This document shows positions 26,015 to 32,271 of a stretch of DNA of 32,781 nucleotides, one piece after another. Numbering within the stretch: the stretch's first letter is position 1; every line of letters begins with the position of its first letter. The notes beneath the pieces were generated by a model. That model had not been told where the DNA came from, did not search any database, and was given only the letters and a program-made list of their open reading frames with translations. The position numbers and the translations under genes are program-made. Origin of the DNA: a virus (Duplodnaviria > Caudoviricetes); the IMG/VR virus record IMGVR_UViG_3300048599_000811, positions 1 through 32,781 of that record. The stretch is one strand, 5' to 3'.

Positions 26015-26040
26015 AAGAGGGTCTTGTCGATCCTCTTTTT
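26015..26040 (+). terminator. intrinsic terminator
   Basis: AAGAGGGTC-TTGTC-GATCCTCTT followed by T-tract. Confidence 0.7.
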
Positions 26041-26133
26041 ATTTTTTGGAAAACGGAAAAAATTCCGTAAAAAATTCAATCGGGTTACTATATAAATTAG
26101 AGCGTGAACAACAAACAAAAGGAGAAACAGGAT

Positions 26134-26310
26134 ATGAACGAATTATTTAATGTCAAGCAGGTATCGGAAATATTAGGGATCAAATACAAAATAGTATGGT
26201 ATGCAGCCCGTGTTGGAGACATCCCTTGTTATCAGGCGGGTCATTCCCGTTTGTTTTCTTCCGAACAAATTGAAGCAGCAAAGAAACACTTTGCGAAAAG
26301 AGGAAAATAA
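26134..26310 (+). CDS. excisionase-like HTH DNA-binding protein
   Basis: LFNVKQVSEILGI....VWYAAR.G.IP....G.SRLF..EQI; AGGAG SD before ATG 26134. Confidence 0.82.
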   Translation: MNELFNVKQVSEILGIKYKIVWYAARVGDIPCYQAGHSRLFSSEQIEAAKKHFAKRGK

Positions 26311-26438
26311 TGAACTATACAAAAGAAAACCGCCCGATTGGGTCGGGCGGCTTACAGGTAGTTTTCACAGGATATTTAAGAACTAATTATCACCCCAACA
26401 TCATTAAGGAGCTAACCGCTAACAATAAAGGAGCATAA
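26310..26438 (+). CDS. 42-aa leader ORF coupling the HTH gene to the primase, not in ORF track
   Basis: MNYTKENRPIGSGG...NNKGA; TAATG overlaps at both ends. Confidence 0.5.
   Translation: MNYTKENRPIGSGGLQVVFTGYLRTNYHPNIIKELTANNKGA
26321..26350 (-). terminator. minus-strand intrinsic terminator
   Basis: CCGCCCGA-5 nt-TCGGGCGG stem; the U-tract (TTTTCTTTT) is on the minus strand only. Confidence 0.65.
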
Positions 26439-28525
26439 TGTTATATAGTAGTGTTGAAAACAAAAAAATCTGGACAAAATACAGCAATGACCTAGCGACA
26501 TGGGCAAAAACAAATCTCTTCTCTAGAGATGATACCTTTTGTGAATTCGATTTGACCGTCCAAGACTGGCGAAGACGTTTTCGAGATTTGCATCATGGTA
26601 AATTACTTGCCCACTTCTCTGGCGTAGCCACAATTGGTAGCTATACCCTTGGAATAAATGACACCTGCAAATATGTCGGAATTGATATTGACGCCCACGA
26701 TGGGCAAATAGCCGATCCAGTTGCAAATGAACAATTCGCATTGTCTATATATGAGACAATCCAAGGTCTTGGCTTGTCTCCAATCCTTGAAAATAGCAAC
26801 GGTCAAGGTGGTTTCCATTTGTGGGTCTTATTCAACGATATTCCAACGCCTGACGCTTTTGCGTTTGGTCTATGGCTTGTAAAAGATTGCCCAAAGGAAA
26901 TCAACGTTGAAAGTTTCCCAAAGCAAGTGGAAAAGCCATTTGGTAATCAATTCCGATTGCCAGGAAAACACCACAAAAAGGATCATTGGTCTAAAATCTA
27001 TTCTAATGGCGAATGGCACGACGGCAAAGAGGCAATTGACATTTTGCTGTCAACACCTGTATCTGATTACCATTTGGTGCCAGCAGAGGCAATCGAATAT
27101 ATTCCGCCACGCACCCCAAAACCATCCAAATCCGATAATTCGGAAATGACTTTTGAAGGCGAAGAATGGTGGAAAGACTTTGACGGGAATTTGAAAACAC
27201 TAGATATTTTCAAATTGTGCAAAGATAGATTAGTCGGAAAAATAGCCCACGGTGAATGGGTAGAAATTGAATGCCCTTGGCACGATCAACATACAACAGG
27301 GCACGACGTTGCCTATATTATTGATAACGAAAATGCTTTTCCTGGTTTTCAATGTCGGCATGCCCATTGTCAAGATAAGAAATTGCAAGACCTCTTGGCG
27401 TTGTATGGGAAAGAGCAGGTTGACGCCTGTTGCGGTGAGAAGTTTGATAAGGAAATCCGAGACCAAGGTGTTGATGATATTGTCGAGCCATTGGAAGTAG
27501 TTGTTCCGCATGTCGAGCAATTGCCAGAGCATACGGAATTGACGCCTCTTGATGTTAAAGAACGCAAATTTCATTTTCGATCAATTGATGACATGTTGAA
27601 AATTGCCGAAACACAAAACGAAGATTGGCTAATTGAGAATTGGCTAGAATTTGGATCGTTGGGAATGCTTACGGGCGACCCATTTGCGGGAAAATCCTAT
27701 TTGATTTGTGAATTAACGGCAGGTATCAAAAAATGGAAAACGTTTGGACCTTATGACGTTTCAAATTGCCCCATTTTGTTGATTGACTTGGAAAATCGGG
27801 AAAAGATCATCACAAAACGCCTAAGCCGAACATTACAAGGGGACTGGGACGCTTTGCGATTAAATAACGAATGGCAAAGCCCATTCATTCCCGAAGAGTT
27901 TATGCCACTTGACCCGGTAAAGATTGAAAAAATAATTGTCGCATTCAAAAAAGGTTGCATAAATCAAAAGCCATTTGTCATTATTGACACTTTACGGTCG
28001 GCATTTGGAGAAGACGAAATGGATGTCAAAGAAATGCGAAAACTTTTATATCCATTGCAAAGAGTGGCACAAAGACAACAAGCAGCAATTTTGATTTTGC
28101 ACCACAGACCAAAATCTGGGGCGGCTTACAGCGGACAGACCGCCATAGCTGGTGCTTGTGATTATTTTTGGACTTGGGACGTTGAAAAGGAAAAGTGTCA
28201 GGGCACGCTAAAACTATATGGGACTAGGGGAGATCCACAGTCACCTCTAGTCTTCCAATATGACAAAACGACGGGAAGGGAAATTTGGGTGCCACACCCA
28301 GAAGACTCCAATAATCAATTGGACGGGATTGTCAGGGGGATATTGGCCAACAAGCCAATTATTAACAAAACAGAATTAGGACGGTTAATAAGAAATCAAT
28401 GGCGTGGTGATTTGGGGAGGGATAAGGTCGGCACCCTAATTGACGGTTTAGTCGGGGAATTATTAACAACAACCACGGGCGAACATAACCAAACTTTGTA
28501 TTCGCTAATAGGGGGTGGCGTATGA
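26438..28525 (+). CDS. archaeo-eukaryotic primase (prim-pol) fused to Zn-binding domain and AAA_25/RepA-like helicase
   Basis: IDID, ENSNGQGGFHLW, ESFPKQ..FGN..RLPG (AEP); CPWH...CRHAHC; Walker A GDPFAGKS, IIDTL, LHH.PK. Confidence 0.9.
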   Translation: MLYSSVENKKIWTKYSNDLATWAKTNLFSRDDTFCEFDLTVQDWRRRFRDLHHGKLLAHFSGVATIGSYTLGINDTCKYVGIDIDAHDGQIADPVANEQFALSIYETIQGLGLSPILENSNGQGGFHLWVLFNDIPTPDAFAFGLWLVKDCPKEINVESFPKQVEKPFGNQFRLPGKHHKKDHWSKIYSNGEWHDGKEAIDILLSTPVSDYHLVPAEAIEYIPPRTPKPSKSDNSEMTFEGEEWWKDFDGNLKTLDIFKLCKDRLVGKIAHGEWVEIECPWHDQHTTGHDVAYIIDNENAFPGFQCRHAHCQDKKLQDLLALYGKEQVDACCGEKFDKEIRDQGVDDIVEPLEVVVPHVEQLPEHTELTPLDVKERKFHFRSIDDMLKIAETQNEDWLIENWLEFGSLGMLTGDPFAGKSYLICELTAGIKKWKTFGPYDVSNCPILLIDLENREKIITKRLSRTLQGDWDALRLNNEWQSPFIPEEFMPLDPVKIEKIIVAFKKGCINQKPFVIIDTLRSAFGEDEMDVKEMRKLLYPLQRVAQRQQAAILILHHRPKSGAAYSGQTAIAGACDYFWTWDVEKEKCQGTLKLYGTRGDPQSPLVFQYDKTTGREIWVPHPEDSNNQLDGIVRGILANKPIINKTELGRLIRNQWRGDLGRDKVGTLIDGLVGELLTTTTGEHNQTLYSLIGGGV

Positions 28526-28528
28526 ATT

Positions 28529-28683
28529 TCAGTTTCCTGGGGGGGCAGGAAACTGACTGCAAAAACATCAAAAAACCCCGTGTTTTTCCAGTTTCCTGTT
28601 TCCTGACCCCTATATTCAGGAAACTAGGAAACTGGGGGAATATTGGGTTTCCTGTTTCCTCCACTGCTATGCTGACGCATAGC
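28529..28683. repeat. iteron-like inverted/direct repeat cluster, putative replication origin
   Basis: Eight copies of GTTTCCT/AGGAAAC in hairpin arrangements directly downstream of the primase-helicase. Confidence 0.65.
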
Positions 28684-28742
28684 GTCTGCCAAGGGCAGCA
28701 AGCAGCTAGCAGGTGTGTGGCTTTGATTATTAGCCAGAATGG

Positions 28743-28794
28743 CAACAAACAGAAAGGAGAATTGCGGCAAGGACGCCTCCAAATAGGAGGCACG
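28743..28794 (+). promoter_or_regulatory. duplicated structured 5' leader, copy 1
   Basis: CAACAAACAGAAAGGA...GGCAAGGACGCCTCCAAATAGGAGGCAC; three GGA motifs and anti-SD GCCTCC. Confidence 0.7.
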
Positions 28795-28935
28795 ATGATT
28801 GATTTAGAAATGACTAAAGAGTTATTAGGATTTGAGACAGCAGAACGATTATTTTTTGAAGAGTTAGCGGTGCTAATTCAAATGGATCAGATGCACGACG
28901 CCGAAACGGTAAATTGGCTTAGTGAGGGATTTTAA
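28795..28935 (+). CDS. 46-aa acidic protein ending NWLSEGF
   Basis: AGGAGG SD before ATG 28795. Confidence 0.75.
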   Translation: MIDLEMTKELLGFETAERLFFEELAVLIQMDQMHDAETVNWLSEGF

Positions 28936-28938
28936 CAA

Positions 28939-28989
28939 CAACACACAGAAAGGACTAATTAGGCAAGGACGCCTCCCAACAGGAGGCAC
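28939..28989 (+). promoter_or_regulatory. duplicated structured 5' leader, copy 2
   Basis: CAACACACAGAAAGGA...GGCAAGGACGCCTCCCAACAGGAGGCAC. Confidence 0.7.
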
Positions 28990-29151
28990 ATGGATATTTT
29001 CGACGAACTCAACAGACTTGGCAAATGGGCTGATGCTCAATTTGAAATAATGTTTGAAAACGCAGCCCGCCGAGCCAATTCAGAATTGACGAAAAGGAAT
29101 GGAAAAGAAGAGAAAGAAGAAACAACAAATTGGAAATTAACAGGATTTTAA
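28990..29151 (+). CDS. 53-aa protein ending NWKLTGF, not in ORF track
   Basis: MDIFDELNRLGKWADAQFEIMFENAARRANSELTKRNGKEEKEETTNWKLTGF; AGGAGG SD. Confidence 0.78.
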   Translation: MDIFDELNRLGKWADAQFEIMFENAARRANSELTKRNGKEEKEETTNWKLTGF

Positions 29152-29237
29152 GGGAGGGATTTTGATTTTCAGAATATCAAATTTGCGTCAAGATGCGACA
29201 ATAGCGAATAGCGGGCTATTGGTAGCTTTCAAGGTCA

Positions 29238-29480
29238 ATGGGGGAGGATAAAATACTCCAACACTTTTGCGACAATCCCGATGACGTTGCAACTTATATC
29301 GGGTTATTAGCCGAATTATTTTATGCGGACGAAATTACGCCAGAGGTGTTGACAAACGCATTTGCGGAGGGGAGGCAAAACCGTGTCTCCCCGAGGATCA
29401 CACAACAAATTAGAAAACAATTAGGATTAGAAGCACTAGAAGAAACAAACAAGCCTGATTGGAAATTAACAGGATTTTAA
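29238..29480 (+). CDS. protein ending DWKLTGF (start uncertain)
   Basis: ORF track; its 3' end shares 26 identical bp (ATTGGAAATTAACAGGATTTTAAGGG) with the end of the previous gene. Confidence 0.7.
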   Translation: MGEDKILQHFCDNPDDVATYIGLLAELFYADEITPEVLTNAFAEGRQNRVSPRITQQIRKQLGLEALEETNKPDWKLTGF

Positions 29481-29489
29481 GGGGGAATT

Positions 29490-29780
29490 ATGAAAATTAT
29501 AAACATGGATTGGGAGGATAATAACCAACTTAGATTTGATTTGTACGAAGAAACTGGCAGGGATAAATTGGATATAACCTACGTGTTGAATGCGAGCAAC
29601 GAACTAGCCAAGCAATTATTACACACCTATATTTACGATTTGCCGATGCCACAATTGGTTATTGATGAGGTCGCCAAATTGAAAAGAAAAGAACAGAGCA
29701 ACCAGAAGACACAAACACAGATTGGCTTTCAGAAGGATTTTAATGGGGAAATGAAAACAACATTTATAGTGGGGATTTGA
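29490..29780 (+). CDS. hypothetical protein with alternative -1 frame C-terminus DWLSEGF
   Basis: GGGGG SD; -1 frame 29669-29743 reads ...RTEQPEDTNTDWLSEGF-stop. Confidence 0.7.
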   Translation: MKIINMDWEDNNQLRFDLYEETGRDKLDITYVLNASNELAKQLLHTYIYDLPMPQLVIDEVAKLKRKEQSNQKTQTQIGFQKDFNGEMKTTFIVGI

Positions 29781-29860
29781 TGTATGAAATATGTAAGAGA
29801 CTAGGAATAAAACCATTGTATAATGGCTGGTGGGCTTGGCTATTATGGGAGGGATTTTGA
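29780..29860 (+). CDS. 26-aa Trp-rich peptide ending WLLWEGF, not in ORF track
   Basis: MYEICKRLGIKPLYNGWWAWLLWEGF; TGATG coupling to the previous ORF. Confidence 0.5.
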   Translation: MYEICKRLGIKPLYNGWWAWLLWEGF

Positions 29861-29940
29861 AAAAATCGGTTATAGAGTCTATATAATAGAAATGGGATAC
29901 AAAACACAATGAAAAATATGAACAAAAAGAGGGGGGACAA

Positions 29941-30222
29941 ATGACACCACGAAGTAGAAAGGACGGAATGACCGTAATAGGATCAGCACAAATATCGTTA
30001 TCAGATTTATCAGATTTACCAGAGCCCAAATTGCCTGTACATTTAACAGTTACATTCAAATTAGGGGATACCGTTGCAGGTTCTTACAATGTCCAAAGCG
30101 AGCCCCTGACGTGCAAAGGTGTCATTGAACTAACGACGGCATTTTCGGAAGCAATTGCAGCCGTGGTTGAAAACAACGAACCAAAGATTGTTTTATTCGA
30201 GGAAATTGAGGGGGATGAATGA
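29941..30222 (+). CDS. hypothetical protein
   Basis: GAGGGGGG SD; downstream of a CTATATAA element. Confidence 0.65.
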   Translation: MTPRSRKDGMTVIGSAQISLSDLSDLPEPKLPVHLTVTFKLGDTVAGSYNVQSEPLTCKGVIELTTAFSEAIAAVVENNEPKIVLFEEIEGDE

Positions 30223-30362
30223 AGCCCGATTTTGTTCCATCACCTTTCCAATTTCCAAAAAAATGGAAAAAATACCCTGATGACCGCTTGACGATTTTGC
30301 AAAAATAACCGATGGTGTCTGTAGCGTTTCAATTTCAACACTTTTTTTGAGGGTAGAAAAAC

Positions 30363-30716
30363 ATGGCAGCGCCAAAAAAGGCAACAAAGGTCGTCCCAGC
30401 ACATCCAGCGAGCAAAATCAAGGTCACCGAGGAGCCACAGAAACGGAAGCCCGGCTACAAACAATGTCCGAATTGCTTCAATGAGATCCCGGCTAGGTCT
30501 AGCAAGTGTTCCTATTGCAACAAGGAAATCCCGCAGAAGGCCAAAAAGGCGACAAAGAAGGTGAAGCGAGCCACAAAGCCAGCCCCAGCACCCGCAAATG
30601 ACCTTTCCAAAATTTCGGCAGCCGTCGCCCTGGTTGAAAAGCTAGGTGGCGTGGAAAAGGCTAGGGAGAAGATTTCGGCGGCGCAGGAATTGGCAAAACT
30701 GGCATCACAAATCTAG
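30363..30716 (+). CDS. basic histone-like protein with zinc ribbon and C-terminal LGG helical hairpin
   Basis: Lys/Ala/Pro-rich, CPNC...CSYC, LVEKLGGVEKAREKI. Confidence 0.7.
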   Translation: MAAPKKATKVVPAHPASKIKVTEEPQKRKPGYKQCPNCFNEIPARSSKCSYCNKEIPQKAKKATKKVKRATKPAPAPANDLSKISAAVALVEKLGGVEKAREKISAAQELAKLASQI

Positions 30717-30726
30717 GGGTGTAAAA

Positions 30727-30993
30727 ATGACTGAACAACAACAGCCCAAAAAACGTGGTCGGAAGCCAGGGCAAAAGAACAAGCCCAAGACCGAGGAAAA
30801 GACAGTCAAGGTGACAATTCTTACTGCCGAGAACGTCAACGACATTAAGACGAAACTGGACGCCTTGGGCGGTATTTCTAAGGTCAAAGAACTGATTGCG
30901 TCAGCGAAGAAGCTGGACGCCTTGGGCGGGGTGTCTGGGGCTCAAAACCTAGTCGAGACAATTGAGGCAATTGAAAAATTGTTCAAAAAATAG
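30727..30993 (+). CDS. basic protein with AT-hook-like N-terminus and two LDALGG repeats
   Basis: Start ATG 30727; KKRGRKPG; CTGGACGCCTTGGGCGG occurs twice (about 30856 and 30913). Confidence 0.7.
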   Translation: MTEQQQPKKRGRKPGQKNKPKTEEKTVKVTILTAENVNDIKTKLDALGGISKVKELIASAKKLDALGGVSGAQNLVETIEAIEKLFKK

Positions 30994-31009
30994 GCTACCC
31001 CCACTTTGG

Positions 31010-31046
31010 AAAGGGTATTTGGATCAATTCCAAATACCCTTTTTTT
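31010..31046 (+). terminator. intrinsic terminator
   Basis: AAAGGGTATTTGGA-5 nt-TCCAAATACCCTTT followed by T-tract. Confidence 0.85.
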
Positions 31047-31105
31047 ATTCCCATTGCAATTTCGAGCAAAAAGAAGGAAAATACCCAAATTAAAGGAGAC
31101 CTATT

Positions 31106-31537
31106 TTGAAGAAATTACCGAAGGTCGTTTATTTGAGCGGGGGCAATCCTGACGGACGATTAAACATAGAAATCAGGAAAAAAGAATACAAAATTGGTTT
31201 TAAGGAGGTATTAAAGGGGATACCCGAAGGCTATTTGCAGGTGGGGGGAAACCAATATTCCATTGAGTCAGATGAGAGAAAAGAAAGGCTAACAAAGGTA
31301 ATCAAGGAAATTCAAAAGGAAGAAAGAGCATGGGCAAGGAAGAAGAAAAAGGAAGCGGAACAAATAAAGAGGGGAATAGACCGCTTATTGGCTCGCAGAG
31401 AAGCGAGAAAAGCAGCAAGAAGGGAAGCAGCGAGAATTGAAAGACAAGAGCGTCAACAGGTCGCCCAATTACGTAAGAAAGAAAAAGAAATAGAAAAGGA
31501 TTACGGGCGGATTGATTGGCGAAAATACGGATTTTAG
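31106..31537 (+). CDS. charged coiled-coil protein ending DWRKYGF
   Basis: AAAGGAG SD before TTG start; long Glu/Lys/Arg helix. Confidence 0.72.
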   Translation: MKKLPKVVYLSGGNPDGRLNIEIRKKEYKIGFKEVLKGIPEGYLQVGGNQYSIESDERKERLTKVIKEIQKEERAWARKKKKEAEQIKRGIDRLLARREARKAARREAARIERQERQQVAQLRKKEKEIEKDYGRIDWRKYGF

Positions 31538-32205
31538 AGATATTTTTCGGGCAGGAAATAATGAGGTTTCAATTTATTCAAATTGAAAAACAATATTTCA
31601 GAATGTACTTTTACATTTTTGCCAAAGGCGTCATGTGGTAATGATACAATTCCTGTAATTTCTGGGAAATCATCCCGCAATTCACGCCAACGATTTGATT
31701 TTTTCGATTGATCCAGACGGAACGCCATTGGTGTGAAAAGTGCCAACGGCGTTTTCTTATTTACCAATGAATAAATCTTTTGCAGAAACAAATAAGGAAA
31801 AAATCGAGTAGCACCATTAAATGGCGGATTACACAAAACCAAATCACAGGAAATTTTCTTTTGTTCTTTGAAGAAATCCTTTTTCTGCAATATCTCATAA
31901 GAGATTATTTTGCAATTCCAAGGGCGAGTCAGATTGCCGCCCCCACAGCAAGGATCAAGGATTGTATTGACTTGATATTTTTTGGAAATCAAATCGTGAA
32001 GAAATTGACAAATGCCGGGAGGTGTCTCGATAGTATTGTCCCGCACGTCGCCCGAGTGGAAAACGAAACTCCCACTATTTTGGGTGGCAAGGGGTGGTGC
32101 CCCGCAACCCATTTGGCGTAATTCTCTGCCGACCGCTCTTGCAAGATAGGTGCGGTCTTCTAGCTGGCAACTACAGATTGATTTGCCGCAAACTGGACAA
32201 TCCAT
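31534..32205 (-). CDS. orphan amino-DNA methyltransferase (NPPF type)
   Basis: ILDPCCGGGNL SAM-binding motif followed by VLCNPPF; start taken as ATG 32205, 6 nt after TATAAT. Confidence 0.88.
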   Translation of the reverse strand: MDCPVCGKSICSCQLEDRTYLARAVGRELRQMGCGAPPLATQNSGSFVFHSGDVRDNTIETPPGICQFLHDLISKKYQVNTILDPCCGGGNLTRPWNCKIISYEILQKKDFFKEQKKISCDLVLCNPPFNGATRFFPYLFLQKIYSLVNKKTPLALFTPMAFRLDQSKKSNRWRELRDDFPEITGIVSLPHDAFGKNVKVHSEILFFNLNKLKPHYFLPEKYL

Positions 32206-32219
32206 GGGGAGATTATACG

Positions 32220-32260
32220 AAAAAAGCCCCAAGATAGCCAGAGGGACCGTCTTGGGGCTT
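32220..32260 (-). terminator. minus-strand terminator between the zinc-ribbon gene and the MTase
   Basis: AAGCCCCAAGA...TCTTGGGGCTT stem with T-tract on the minus strand. Confidence 0.6.
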
Positions 32261-32271
32261 GAATGGCGTAT

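Noticed and set aside
26134-26310. Evidence of an integration module
   Set aside because: Xis-like HTH only; no integrase or att-like repeat found in the window.
28522-28794. N-terminal part of ORF 28522..28935 and antisense ORF 28362..28793
   Set aside because: They translate the iteron cluster and leader; the strong SD sits before ATG 28795.
28743-29484. Repeated segments as a mini CRISPR array
   Set aside because: Only pairs of repeats, separated by 140-300 bp of SD-led ORFs; no constant spacer length and no cas genes.
31400-31450. Shared AARIER segment with the gp10-like tail near 8975
   Set aside because: Short match within low-complexity charged helices; likely compositional.
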